Shown: positions 38,993 to 49,327 of the stretch, piece after piece
Position numbering within the stretch: the first letter of the stretch is position 1
Layout of the letters: each line of letters begins with the position of its first letter
NCBI GenBank assembly: GCA_965198175.1
Contig: OZ240245.1
Coordinates: forward strand, 1-64,000
Origin: Candidatus Poribacteria bacterium
GTDB taxonomy: Bacteria; Poribacteria; WGA-4E; PCPOR2b
Direction of reading: 5' to 3'
Length of the DNA stretch: 64,000 bases
Program-made: the position numbers and the translations under genes
Notes under the pieces: model-generated
Seen by the model: only the letters and a program-made list of their open reading frames with translations
Databases searched by the model: none
Told to the model about the DNA's origin: nothing

Positions 38993-39196
38993 AGGTGTAA
39001 CCTCCTTAAGCGAATAATTCGGCTTGTATTTCCGTATTGGGTGAAGTATGCCTTCTACCTTGACGGAATGCTCAGAGGAACCACAATCCCCAAAACCGAC
39101 TCGGTTGCCGGTTATTGCAGATGTTACCCCACGCTACGCAATCTTTCTGCGAGTTTAACGAAACTGAACCGTGTTCTTCGATATGGCTTTCTTTAT

Positions 39197-39212
39197 AGCA
39201 AATTATATGCCA
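39197..39212 (-). promoter_or_regulatory. Sigma54 (-24/-12) promoter
   Basis: TGGCATATAATTTGCT on the minus strand (GG-N10-GC), about 200 nt upstream of ATG 38992. Confidence 0.65.
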
Positions 39213-39606
39213 CAATCAAATAGTCCTATCCAATTTGACTTGGTTTCGATTCGACAAGCATGATGTATCAACGTATCTGAGCAGTTTGAAACTTTTCAGC
39301 CTGGTGCGGTTACGTTTTGAAGCGGTGTGAAAAGGGATGCGATATTTGCTGACAAAATACCAGCAAATCACGCTGGTAAATCGTGGGAACTCGTACCAAA
39401 TCTAGCGTTTGGACATTTGGACGATATCAAAACATATTTACAAAATGCAGTAAATGTCGCACTCCTTTTAAGGAGGAGGTGCCGGTGGGAGAAGGCTGTT
39501 GATACAGTTTTCCGAAGGAGTGCTCTTTTCCGGTCGAGATGTAACACCAAATTCCACTTAAAAAATAAATATTCATACCCGCATCAATTTCGCCACACTA
39601 TCCCTG

Positions 39607-39867
39607 TTAATCCCCAGAAGTTCCCTCCGCAGCCCGGTCCTGCACCAAACGGTGCACTTTGAACGAAATCTTGCCCTCTTCTGTGCACTCAATGGATGAA
39701 ATCAATCCTCGTTCACGGTATGATTCGGCTATCATTGATGGTATTGAAGTTGTCTTTTGGTAGGAAACAGCATCATTGCCCCCATCTCGTTTGAAGGCAG
39801 GACCGACGCGAATAGGTTCAATGGTCCGACTTAAACCCGATTGAACGGGATTTTGCGATTGATTCAT
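39607..39867 (-). CDS. Small hypothetical protein
   Basis: Open frame of 86 aa with plausible composition; no recognisable motif. Confidence 0.4.
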   Translation of the reverse strand: MNQSQNPVQSGLSRTIEPIRVGPAFKRDGGNDAVSYQKTTSIPSMIAESYRERGLISSIECTEEGKISFKVHRLVQDRAAEGTSGD

Positions 39868-40066
39868 ACCGTTAGGTGTCAATCTGTGAATACATTACTA
39901 AGCGCTCCTGCGTTCACCAATTTTTGCTGAAAAGTAACATTCGGCGGAGGTGCCAGCTTTATCTACAGTTGCAAATTCAGTTGAAATAAGGTATTATGAA
40001 AAGGGAAAATGTATAGACATTTAACGGATTAGTTCATTGGCTCTCGACGGAAAGGTATTTCGCCGT

Positions 40067-41107
40067 ATGTCAGAAGTTGACCCTCTTGACAAATTCCTCC
40101 AAGAAACAAAAGAGAAAATTGATACGTATATCTTCGATTTTCTACCTCAAGAGCATGAACGCACTGAAGTGCGTCGGCTCTACGAAATGATGAGGGATTA
40201 TCCGCTGCGATCCGGCAAACGTTTGCGCCCCGCACTCTGTCTGCTTATTTGCGAAGCGTTCGGTGGAAATCCACAGGAGGCATTCAATACTGCCGCGGCA
40301 CTCGAAATTCTGCAAGACTGGCTCTTAATCCATGACGATATTGAAGACGATTCGGATTTGCGTCGAGGGCAACCGTGTCTGCATCAAAAGCATGGCATTC
40401 CAATGGCAATTAACGTCGGCGATGCGCTCCACTGCAAAATGTGGGAAATGCTCCATGAGAATGCAGATTCACTTGGCTACGAGATTGCATTTCAGATTCT
40501 ATCAGAGTTCTCACGACTCAGCAATCAGGTCGTTGAAGGACAACATATCGAACTGAGCTGGGTTAGCAATAATCGCTGGAATCTGACTGAAGCGGATTAC
40601 TGGACAATGTGTGTGCAGAAGACAGCCTGGTACACATGTATTACGCCTTGTCGAGTCGGCGCATTAATCGCTGGGGTAACGAAAGCTGAAGCCAATCAAT
40701 TCGACGATATTGGCATGAATCTCGGGGTTGCCTTTCAGATCCAAGACGATGTGCTCAATCTTGTCGGCGAAGTGGGACGGTATGGTAAGGAGATTGCCGG
40801 GGACATCAGTGAGGGGAAACGCACGCTTGTTCTCATCCACCTCTTTAGTTCATGTACAAAGGTAGAGGCGCTGCGTGTAATCGAGATTATGGATAAACCT
40901 CGAGAGGATAAGAATCAAGACGAAATTGAAGAGGTGTTACACTTGATGGGGAAGTACAAGTCGATCCAATATGCACAACAGCAGTCCAAGAAACTCGCTC
41001 AGACGGCATACACACAGTTCAATCATGAATTTGCTCATCTACCGGATAGCCGGGCAAAAAACCTCTTTTTGCGTCTAATACATTTCGTCATTGAACGAGA
41101 GTATTAA
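40067..41107 (+). CDS. Polyprenyl diphosphate (GGPP-type) synthase
   Basis: 'GKRLRP', FARM 'LIHDDIED...RRG', SARM 'FQIQDD', 'DISEGK'; start could be 40037. Confidence 0.93.
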   Translation: MSEVDPLDKFLQETKEKIDTYIFDFLPQEHERTEVRRLYEMMRDYPLRSGKRLRPALCLLICEAFGGNPQEAFNTAAALEILQDWLLIHDDIEDDSDLRRGQPCLHQKHGIPMAINVGDALHCKMWEMLHENADSLGYEIAFQILSEFSRLSNQVVEGQHIELSWVSNNRWNLTEADYWTMCVQKTAWYTCITPCRVGALIAGVTKAEANQFDDIGMNLGVAFQIQDDVLNLVGEVGRYGKEIAGDISEGKRTLVLIHLFSSCTKVEALRVIEIMDKPREDKNQDEIEEVLHLMGKYKSIQYAQQQSKKLAQTAYTQFNHEFAHLPDSRAKNLFLRLIHFVIEREY

Positions 41108-41235
41108 GAATTCTGCCATGAATATCGCACAATACTTGCCGTTTGCAACGCTTTGCTTTCAAGCCTCTTTCGCAACAAGCATGCGTGTAATGTAGAGATA
41201 TTGCTAAAACACTGATTTGACAATTGGCCAATTCG

Positions 41236-41964
41236 TTATTGGCACGCTTTTACAAATGCCGTAAACAAATTCAGCGCATCAGGGTGTCGTTCCCACATCA
41301 ACTCCGGATGACACTCCACCCCCAGGGCAAATGAGTGCGTGGGATTTTCGATGGCTTCAATTACACCATCTTTGGAGTGTGCTGTCGCAACAAACCCATC
41401 CCCAACGTCTCGCACCGCTTGATGATGGAACGAGTTGACTCGTGTCGACGTGCTGCCGACAATCTGTTGCAGGCGACTGCCGTGAAGAATATCAATCGTA
41501 TGCGATGCATACCAACCTGGCCCCTTCTGCAGATGGCACAAAGTTGGCTGGGGCATGTCCGATGCAATATCTTGGTATATTGTTCCACCTGCAGCAACAC
41601 TCAAAACTTGCATACCCCGACAGGTTGCGAAAATTGGCAAGTTCTGATGCAATGCTTTTTGCGTCAGATGGAGTTCCATTTCATCACGCACTCGGTCGAC
41701 GTTGCCAATCTTTTGGTGCGGCTCCTGACCAAACAGCAACGGATCAATATCTCCCCCACCGGACAATAGGAGTCCGTCAAGCAGCCTGAGGTAATGGTCG
41801 ATGCAGTCCGAATTTTCAACGTGTGGAAGAAGGAGCGGTGTCCCGCCAACATATTCAATCACGCGAGCATAGTCACGCGCGATTTGGTTGCGTTCCAAAA
41901 AATGCATTGTGCCTTCGATATTGGTAACTGTCAAACTACAAGTGATGCCGATAACGGAACGCAT
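41236..41964 (-). CDS. Peptidase C26 / PuuD-like glutamine amidotransferase
   Basis: 'LLLSGGGDIDP', nucleophile 'CRGMQ', 'VNSFHHQAV', 'HPE'. Confidence 0.92.
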   Translation of the reverse strand: MRSVIGITCSLTVTNIEGTMHFLERNQIARDYARVIEYVGGTPLLLPHVENSDCIDHYLRLLDGLLLSGGGDIDPLLFGQEPHQKIGNVDRVRDEMELHLTQKALHQNLPIFATCRGMQVLSVAAGGTIYQDIASDMPQPTLCHLQKGPGWYASHTIDILHGSRLQQIVGSTSTRVNSFHHQAVRDVGDGFVATAHSKDGVIEAIENPTHSFALGVECHPELMWERHPDALNLFTAFVKACQ

Positions 41965-42042
41965 TTGCAATTCCTTTGTTTGGATATCAGGTATCAGGTT
42001 ACACGTAATACCCAATACACCAGTAAGGAGGTTGTCGAAACC

Positions 42043-42756
42043 GTGTTGATCTTACCAGCAATCGATCTCCGAAATGGAAAATGTGTCAATTTGTTACAAG
42101 GTCGCCCCGAGGACGAAACAATCTTTTCGAATCAGCCAGTAACAATGGCAAAGCAGTGGCAAGAAGAAGGCGCCGAATATCTGCATCTTGTAGATCTCAA
42201 TGGCGCCTTTCAAGGTACAACGGGCAACCTTCCCATCGTCAAGGAAATCGTCGACACAGTTAGTATTCCTACGCAGTTGGGTGGCGGTATACGCACAATG
42301 GAGAGGTTGAATCAGATTTTGGACCTCGGCGTAGCACGGGCAATTCTTGGAACAGCGGCGCTTAAAAATCCGCAGTTGGTTGAGGAGGCGTCCAAAAAGT
42401 ATGGGAATCGAATTGCTATCGGCATTGACGCAAAAGAGGGTATGGTTGCAACAGAGGGCTGGCTGAATATATCTAAAAAAAACGCTCTTGCATTCGCCAA
42501 AGAGATAGAAGCCCATGGGATTCAATCCATCATCTACACGGACATTAAAAGCGATGGTATGCTGAAGGGACCTAACCTGGAGGCAACTCAAGCTATGATT
42601 GAGACGGTACAGATTGATGTCATCGCTTCAGGTGGAATCACGTCAATTCAAGATGTTGCAGCTCTCAAAACATACGGAGCAGCGGGGGCTATTATAGGTC
42701 GCGCGCTTTATACGAACGCTTTAAGGCTGAAAGCCGCAATTGCTGTTGCCCACTAA
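42043..42756 (+). CDS. hisA: ProFAR isomerase HisA
   Basis: 'ILPAIDLRNGKCV', 'LHLVDL', 'QLGGGIR', 'YTDI..DG', 'IASGG'; AAGGAGG RBS before GTG 42043. Confidence 0.96.
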   Translation: MLILPAIDLRNGKCVNLLQGRPEDETIFSNQPVTMAKQWQEEGAEYLHLVDLNGAFQGTTGNLPIVKEIVDTVSIPTQLGGGIRTMERLNQILDLGVARAILGTAALKNPQLVEEASKKYGNRIAIGIDAKEGMVATEGWLNISKKNALAFAKEIEAHGIQSIIYTDIKSDGMLKGPNLEATQAMIETVQIDVIASGGITSIQDVAALKTYGAAGAIIGRALYTNALRLKAAIAVAH

Positions 42757-42773
42757 GAAGAATACCGCCCCTT

Positions 42774-43250
42774 TTACTCATCTGGACGGATCCAACTTAC
42801 TACATCTTCGGCTTCGCCGGCTCCACCTTCACGTCCATCACTTCCAAAAGAGATTAAATCGTAGCCGTAGCGATCATGGACGCCGGGACGAATATAGATG
42901 TACTCATTCTGCCACGGATCTTTCGTGTAAGGAATCTTCAAATACGGGCCATTCCAATTGACTGGAATAGGCGGTTTCTCAGGTTTCTCCCAGAGCGCAG
43001 CAAGCCCTTGTGCGGTCGATGGGTAATCCCCATTGTCTTTTGCATAGCTATCAAGTGAAATGCCGATTGTTTCAATCTCTTCAGCAGCTTGCGCCTGAAG
43101 GGCTTTTCCTGCTTGCCCAAGTAAGCGACCGCCGCCAAAAACGATTGCCGCCGCAACACCGATGATTACAATCACAACGAGGAGTTGGGTGGATGTCAGA
43201 CCAGACTGTTGATTGTCAATCCTACTCAAACGAATTACCTCCATTATCAT
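42774..43250 (-). CDS. gspG: Type II secretion major pseudopilin GspG-like protein
   Basis: Prepilin-like N-terminus; 'YPSTAQGL.AL', 'WNGPYL', 'DPWQNEY.Y..PG', 'SFGSDG.EGG.GE'; probable real start is TTG 43229. Confidence 0.85.
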   Translation of the reverse strand: MIMEVIRLSRIDNQQSGLTSTQLLVVIVIIGVAAAIVFGGGRLLGQAGKALQAQAAEEIETIGISLDSYAKDNGDYPSTAQGLAALWEKPEKPPIPVNWNGPYLKIPYTKDPWQNEYIYIRPGVHDRYGYDLISFGSDGREGGAGEAEDVVSWIRPDE

Positions 43251-43391
43251 TGGATGGTCTCATTTTAGCACAACCCCCTTATGCGTTCAAGTATAATCCG
43301 ATTGACTTTAGGAATTTCCAAAACTTGTAATCGTCGACAAAATGTCGCTTAGCCGCAAGCACAATAATCTATTTGAACCTCAAGAAAATCA

Positions 43392-44297
43392 TCAGAACGG
43401 CTGTTCGTCAAACTCCTGTTCCAACGCTCGCACTTTATCCATCCCTGTGAGCTGTGCGACTTCTTTAAGTGGCATTAGCTCATCCACTAACGCTTTTGTG
43501 GTACCCTTTTCCTGAAGTTCCTTCATGACTAAAGTAACTGCCCTTGCTGCTGCCATGAGTGCGGTCATGGGGTAAATGACAACCTTAAATCCCATATGGT
43601 ACAGTTCGTCACTAGTGAGCAACGGTCTCCCGACGGATTCTGTCATATTTGCTAATACATGGGCATAAGGGCCAACTCTCTGAGCAACAATCTTTAATTC
43701 GTCGATAGTTTCCTCCGAGTAACCCGGATCGACAAAGATGATGTCAGCGCCTGCATGGGCGTAGGCGATGCCTCGCTGCACCCCCTCTTCCAGTCCTACA
43801 GCCCGACTTGCGTGTGTTCGGGCAATCACTACAAAATCTGGGTCCATCTCCGCTCGTACCTTGGCGACGGCTTTCAGTTTACGAGCCATCGCTTTCACTG
43901 GGATAACTTTGCTGCCTCCTAAAGATGGCGATCGCTTGGGCGACACCTGATCTTCAATATACATGCCCGCCAGTCCTGACCGAATGACTTCTCGTGTTGT
44001 CCGCAGTACGTTGAAGACATCTCCGAATCCATCATCCACATCGCAAATTACAGGGAAATCTACTGTGGCTGCCATGTTTCTGGCATAGTTTATCATTTCG
44101 GTGGCAGTAAGCATCCCTATATCTGGCATACCCAGAAAACTTGCTGCTGTATTGTAGCCACCGTGCAAAGCCACCTTGAACCCAGCGCGTTCTATGATGC
44201 GAAGGGAAAGGCAGTCATAAGCACAGGGCGCAACAATCACTCCAGGCCGTGCCAGTAACTCACGGAGTCGTGTGGATCTTTTCTTCCCGTTTATCAT
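43392..44297 (-). CDS. Isocitrate lyase/PEP mutase family protein (PrpB-like)
   Basis: 'LGMPDIG', 'DVDDGFG', 'IEDQVSPKRS', 'VIART'. Confidence 0.9.
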   Translation of the reverse strand: MINGKKRSTRLRELLARPGVIVAPCAYDCLSLRIIERAGFKVALHGGYNTAASFLGMPDIGMLTATEMINYARNMAATVDFPVICDVDDGFGDVFNVLRTTREVIRSGLAGMYIEDQVSPKRSPSLGGSKVIPVKAMARKLKAVAKVRAEMDPDFVVIARTHASRAVGLEEGVQRGIAYAHAGADIIFVDPGYSEETIDELKIVAQRVGPYAHVLANMTESVGRPLLTSDELYHMGFKVVIYPMTALMAAARAVTLVMKELQEKGTTKALVDELMPLKEVAQLTGMDKVRALEQEFDEQPF

Positions 44298-44361
44298 AGG
44301 ACTTATAGCGCGAATAAAAGTTATTCATGCCGAGAGTCATCGGTATTAGGTGATTCTGTCT

Positions 44362-44760
44362 TTACCGTATACGTTCCCAATCCTTCATCAAGTCCCGATA
44401 CGCTCCAACCGGGCCAAATACAGGAGGCGTATTCACCCAGTAGAGTTCCATTTCCTCATCCCCAGTGTTGATGGCGCGATGACCAACGCCAGGGGCGATG
44501 TAAACCGCTGTTCCTTGCTCAACATCTACCACGCGCTCGTCCAATACAAATTGTCCCGTCCCTCCCACAACGTAATAGATCTCTTCTCCTTCGTGCACGC
44601 TCAGCTTCGTTTGTTCCTCACCAGCCGGTAATATTACGATACCGGCAGCGATATTAGCAGTGGGTGTGATGTCTCTTTCGAACATCAAGCCCATGCACCG
44701 CCGGTGGGGAAGTGGCGCTTTCCATAGCATACACTCATTCGTCTTCACAACATCCTTCAT
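44362..44760 (-). CDS. Cupin-domain protein
   Basis: 'HEGEEIYYVV.G.G' and 'PGVGH' cupin motifs. Confidence 0.88.
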   Translation of the reverse strand: MKDVVKTNECMLWKAPLPHRRCMGLMFERDITPTANIAAGIVILPAGEEQTKLSVHEGEEIYYVVGGTGQFVLDERVVDVEQGTAVYIAPGVGHRAINTGDEEMELYWVNTPPVFGPVGAYRDLMKDWERIR

Positions 44761-44839
44761 CGGTTTTCCTCCCTTTTTTCCAATTGGTGCTTCGTCCCTG
44801 ACACAACATCCCTAGCCGACGTTCTACTTTTTGATTCCC

Positions 44840-45625
44840 TCACATTTCCTCTGCCAACGCCTCTGCGCTCGTAGCTGGTGACATGGCGTATACGCCACCA
44901 TCCACACAAAGGAGAGAACCGTTCACATAGTCCGATTCCGAAGACGCCAAGAACAAGGCGGCGCGTGCTTGTTCTTCGGGTTTTCCCAGTCTTTGAAGTG
45001 GCACTCGCTTTGCCCGATCGGCGCGATATCCCTCAGTTGTCGATTCTAGCAGCATCGGTGTGGCAGTTGCCCCAGGACAGATGCAGTTGACGTGGATATT
45101 GTACTTTCCCCATTCGACAGCCAGTGCTCTAGTTAGCCCTGCGACGCCGTGCTTTGAAGCTGTATAATGTGCCATGTAGGGCACGCCACTAATGCCCGCT
45201 GTAGATGCAAAATTCACAATCTTCCCAGACCGCTGATCGATCATAACCTTTCCAACTTCCCTACAGCACAAGAAAACCCCCGTCAAATTCACGTCAAGCA
45301 CTCGTCGCCACTGCTGCAAGGAGAGCTCCGCTGTCGGCGCAAACTCGGCTATGCCGACACAGTTGACGAGGATGTCAATCCTATGAAATTCTTGTAATAC
45401 GACATCGACCAACCTTAGCACTTGGTCCTCATCTACCACATTTAGTTCTAGTGCTAGCCCATGACCTCCTGCCTTCTCGACTTTTGATACCACATCGTCC
45501 GCCTTAGCATCATTTATATCCCCGATGATGACCTTCGCACCTTCTTGGGCAAAAAGTTGAGCGATAGATGCACCCATGCCGGATGCTCCGCCCGTGACAA
45601 TAACGACTTTGTTCTGTAGCTTCAT
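44840..45625 (-). CDS. Short-chain dehydrogenase/reductase
   Basis: TGGASGMG, catalytic YTASK. Confidence 0.93.
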   Translation of the reverse strand: MKLQNKVVIVTGGASGMGASIAQLFAQEGAKVIIGDINDAKADDVVSKVEKAGGHGLALELNVVDEDQVLRLVDVVLQEFHRIDILVNCVGIAEFAPTAELSLQQWRRVLDVNLTGVFLCCREVGKVMIDQRSGKIVNFASTAGISGVPYMAHYTASKHGVAGLTRALAVEWGKYNIHVNCICPGATATPMLLESTTEGYRADRAKRVPLQRLGKPEEQARAALFLASSESDYVNGSLLCVDGGVYAMSPATSAEALAEEM

Positions 45626-45693
45626 GCAATTTTTCTCGTTGCTGGCTGATACTGAGGAAATCGGTATCGCTTGGGAATGACACATGCTTCGAT

Positions 45694-46485
45694 TTACTCA
45701 AAGTGATGTGCGCGAATACATGCAGTTAACCCGCCATCCACTGGCAGCACAACACCGGTTATCCATGAGGAATCTGGGGATGCAAGGAAGAGCGTAGCTT
45801 TCGCGACGTCCGATAACTTACCTAGTCTGCCCATTGGGATAGATCTCAGCATTCCTTCCTTGAACGCCGGACTCGTTGCTTCCATTAACAATGGCGTCTC
45901 GATTGTTGCTGGACAAATGCAGTTGACATTTATATTATATGATCCCAAGTCTACGGAGAGAGCTCTCGTGAGCCCCACAACCCCGTGTTTAGCAATGCTA
46001 TATGAAGCAGCCTGGGGAATTGCTCGAACCGCCGCCGCTGACCCAATATTGATAATCTTGCCGCTTCGTTTTCTCATCATCTCAGGCATCACTGCGTGAC
46101 AGGTGTTCCAGGTGCCATCGAGATTGGTGGAACGTATCTTCTCCCAAAGCTCCATCGAATAGGCATCAGGTGGCACAAAATGGTTCCAGCCCGCACAGTT
46201 GATTAGGATATCAACTGTGCCAAACTGCTGCATAATCTTCTCCATTTCCGCTTTCAATGCCTCACAGTCTGTTATGTCTGTTCTTGAAGCAATAGCTTCG
46301 CCATCGAGTTGTTCAATTGCCTTGGCTACCCTGATGCCTCCAGGACCATCAATGTCCATAACGACCAATGCGGCACCCTGTCGAGCGAACTCCATGCAAA
46401 TTCCTTCGCCGATACCCGATGCGCCACCTGTGACGATTGCGACCTTACCCTGCAATTGACCGCTACTTGATGATTTGTCCCCCAT
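45694..46485 (-). CDS. Short-chain dehydrogenase/reductase
   Basis: TGGASGIG, catalytic YSIAK; AGGAGG RBS. Confidence 0.93.
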   Translation of the reverse strand: MGDKSSSSGQLQGKVAIVTGGASGIGEGICMEFARQGAALVVMDIDGPGGIRVAKAIEQLDGEAIASRTDITDCEALKAEMEKIMQQFGTVDILINCAGWNHFVPPDAYSMELWEKIRSTNLDGTWNTCHAVMPEMMRKRSGKIINIGSAAAVRAIPQAASYSIAKHGVVGLTRALSVDLGSYNINVNCICPATIETPLLMEATSPAFKEGMLRSIPMGRLGKLSDVAKATLFLASPDSSWITGVVLPVDGGLTACIRAHHFE

Positions 46486-46540
46486 TGATGTCCTCCTGTT
46501 GAAGCAGTTTCAGGTTCAATCATCGCCCTATTTTGTGCAT

Positions 46541-46568
46541 ATTATACGCGAATTCATCCCAAAGTCAA
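46541..46568 (-). promoter_or_regulatory. Putative sigma70 promoter of the SDR-SDR-cupin-PEP mutase cluster
   Basis: TTGACT-16 nt-TATAAT on the minus strand. Confidence 0.55.
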
Positions 46569-46811
46569 GTAGAAAGAAAACATAGAAACAACACTCGTTG
46601 CCCCCCGATAAAAGAAGAAGCGTCACGATGACCGTGTTCTTACTCGGCACGACACAGTTTTGATATTTCTTCCCAAGATTCGGATTTTTCTCTTGATTTT
46701 TAGTACGAAGGCTCTTATAATTCTTGGACTCTAGCACTTGAGCAGAACATGGAGTACATCTGATTCGAAAACAGAATTAACCATCGACATCAATTTCAAA
46801 AGGCTCACTTA

Positions 46812-48293
46812 ATGTTGTTTGCTGAGGAACCTAGGCATTTCAACGTGCAACATCCCGCCGACAGTAAGCGGTTGATTCCAGCTCTCCTGCCTCGCGACGA
46901 GCGTGGGCATCAGTTTGTCGTCTATGCGGATTGTTGTTCCGGAGTACCTGGCAGCACAAACGAACGAAACTTCGCGGCGGTGAACGCCGTGGTAGCGAAC
47001 ATCCATCCCCAACCTGATTTTATCATTTTTCCTGGCGACCATATCATGGGGTTGACCCAGGATTATGCCTCGTTGCGTCAGCAATGGAACTATTGGCTGC
47101 ATACGGAAATGGGATGGCTCAAGAACCGGTCCGTAGAAATCTTCCACACAACCAGCAACCATAACACATACGACGTGGAAAGCGAACAAGTGTGGCGGGA
47201 AGTCTTTCCTGAAATCCCCCGCAATGGTCCTACTGGTCAGGAAGGGTTATCTTATGTCGTGCGTCGCAACAACTTCCTGCTTGTATGTGTCAATACGGCG
47301 TTCTCTGGACTGGGGGGTAATGGCCATGTTGACCATGAATGGCTAGACCGAGTGCTGCGCGACAATGACGATGCCACTTACAAGTTCGTCGCGGGCCACC
47401 ATCCGGCTCGACCTGTCAATGGCTACGAGCGGTATCCGTTCTGGCGGATTTTCCCCAATGAAGGAGACGCGTTCTGGGACGTGTTGGTTAAACATCGTGT
47501 CCAAGCCTACCTTTGCAGTCACATTATTGCTTTTGACGTTCAGGCGCGCGATGGGGTGCTTCAAATTTGCACCGGTGGAGCGGGGACCAACTATGGACCA
47601 GGCGGCTTCATGCCCGGTCGAACAGAATACCTCCACGCCGCGCAGTTTGCTGTTGACCCCCGTGGTGTATGCTACCAAGTGCTCGATACAAATGGTGCAA
47701 TGCGTGAGTGGCTTGAATGGCCTTTATCGTTACCACCGGCAGATGAATGGGAACAGGTTAAGCCAGAGGATGCGGCTACAAAGTTCGGGTGCGCTTGGAA
47801 TGATTCCAGCCACAAACCTGCCGATGATTGGCTTTGTGTATGGCGCTTTTCAGGAGTGCTGCACGGCATTACGACTGACAAGAACTCACAGACCCTCCTC
47901 TGTGGATGGGACGACCTTGAGGGGCCTGCAACAATCTGGATTGGATTTGAAGGCTGTCCGCCGGTGCTCACGATTAAACTCTTGACCGAATCTGGAATGG
48001 GAACACAGACTTGGACGGGCACGGCGTTGACACCGGGAGAACCTTTTGATTTCCACTTGGCTCTACACAGCGGGATGGGCCCCGGCGGTGTTCTGTATCG
48101 ACTAGATGACACATCTCCTTGGTCGTCATTGCAATCATCTGCATCCATGGGGGTGGAAAATCTTGTATGGCCGCGTAAATGGGACGTTGGTCACAGCCAG
48201 AGCGGCACATCCGATCGCCCGTTTCTAGGTGACAAACTGCGTATAGCGTGGACGAAACGCCATCTCCCAACACCTACGCTAATCGGTCATTGA
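46812..48293 (+). CDS. Calcineurin-like metallophosphoesterase with C-terminal extension
   Basis: 'VYADCC', 'FPGDH', 'SNHN', 'GHHP', 'CSH' motifs. Confidence 0.8.
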   Translation: MLFAEEPRHFNVQHPADSKRLIPALLPRDERGHQFVVYADCCSGVPGSTNERNFAAVNAVVANIHPQPDFIIFPGDHIMGLTQDYASLRQQWNYWLHTEMGWLKNRSVEIFHTTSNHNTYDVESEQVWREVFPEIPRNGPTGQEGLSYVVRRNNFLLVCVNTAFSGLGGNGHVDHEWLDRVLRDNDDATYKFVAGHHPARPVNGYERYPFWRIFPNEGDAFWDVLVKHRVQAYLCSHIIAFDVQARDGVLQICTGGAGTNYGPGGFMPGRTEYLHAAQFAVDPRGVCYQVLDTNGAMREWLEWPLSLPPADEWEQVKPEDAATKFGCAWNDSSHKPADDWLCVWRFSGVLHGITTDKNSQTLLCGWDDLEGPATIWIGFEGCPPVLTIKLLTESGMGTQTWTGTALTPGEPFDFHLALHSGMGPGGVLYRLDDTSPWSSLQSSASMGVENLVWPRKWDVGHSQSGTSDRPFLGDKLRIAWTKRHLPTPTLIGH

Positions 48294-48341
48294 CCCAGAC
48301 GGTTTTCTGATAGAGACTTAGCTTGCATTTGGGTAAAAAAA

Positions 48342-49178
48342 ATGAAGGTGCGATTCGTGTTTGCTGTTTCTATACTCTTCTCCGCTGGGCAAATCCTTGT
48401 CGCTACAGCGGGCGCGCCGGAGGATTTGCTGATTTACCTTCCATTTAATGAAGGAAACGGGGTTCGAACCGAAGACGCTTCGGGAAATGGTTTTGATGGC
48501 AAACTCAAAAATGGAGCTAAGTGGACAGAGAACGGGAAGGGCGGAAGCGCCGTAGAATTTGGGAACGGGAACAATACTCATGTAGCAGCGGAGGGGAAAA
48601 TTCTCGATCCAATCTTAGAATCAGGGCAATTTACCCTCGGCGCTTACTTCAAACTCACACAGCATCAGGGTTTTGACGCAATTATCAGCGTTGAGATGCA
48701 GGGCGCCGGCTGTTGCAAATATCGCATTCTGGTAAGTCCGGGTTTCAATCCCTATTGGAACGCGTCAAATGGACCGCCAAATGACAGAACCTTTGCTGGT
48801 TTCAAGTTTAAACTGAATACATGGTACAATTTTGTCTTAACTTATGATGGTCAAAGGGGAAATGTCTATGTCAATGGGAAACTAATAACAGGTGTTGATG
48901 AGGTGATAAAACCGCCCATTGCTAGCCCATCGACGCTATACGTCGGGAGAGGCGAAGCTGACGGAATGCATACGTTGGAAGGCGGTGTTATCGACGAAGT
49001 TTTCGCTTTCAGCCGGGCTTTAACACAGAGGGAAATTCAAACTATCATGAAGGAAGGTGTAATTCCGGGCGTCAGTGCATTCGCTGTAAACCCAAAAGGC
49101 AAAATTTCAACCACCTGGTCCACCCTAAAAACACAGAGAATTGTGAACAGCTATCGAGAAGGAGGTGATGGATTGTAA
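48342..49178 (+). CDS. Secreted LamG-like jellyroll domain protein
   Basis: Signal peptide; 'YLPFNEG.G...DASGNG', 'LTYDG....VYVNG', 'IDEV..FSRAL'; tail 'AVNPKGKISTTWSTLK'. Confidence 0.9.
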   Translation: MKVRFVFAVSILFSAGQILVATAGAPEDLLIYLPFNEGNGVRTEDASGNGFDGKLKNGAKWTENGKGGSAVEFGNGNNTHVAAEGKILDPILESGQFTLGAYFKLTQHQGFDAIISVEMQGAGCCKYRILVSPGFNPYWNASNGPPNDRTFAGFKFKLNTWYNFVLTYDGQRGNVYVNGKLITGVDEVIKPPIASPSTLYVGRGEADGMHTLEGGVIDEVFAFSRALTQREIQTIMKEGVIPGVSAFAVNPKGKISTTWSTLKTQRIVNSYREGGDGL

Positions 49179-49327
49179 TTAATTGGTTGGCGACACAAAA
49201 TTATGTTCGCTATCCAGTTAAGCGATAACGCGCTGATATTAACATGCCCCTTTTTACTCAGAAAATGATTCCCCACAAGTTGATTTCATAATCGGGTTCA
49301 AAATAACCAACAAGGAGAAAAAACCTA

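Noticed and set aside
39327..39662. 111-aa plus-strand ORF upstream of the sigma54 promoter
   Set aside because: No RBS or motif; more likely regulatory intergenic DNA
41794..42042. N-terminal extension of hisA in the ORF track
   Set aside because: Overlaps the opposite-strand PuuD-like gene; a strong RBS supports GTG 42043
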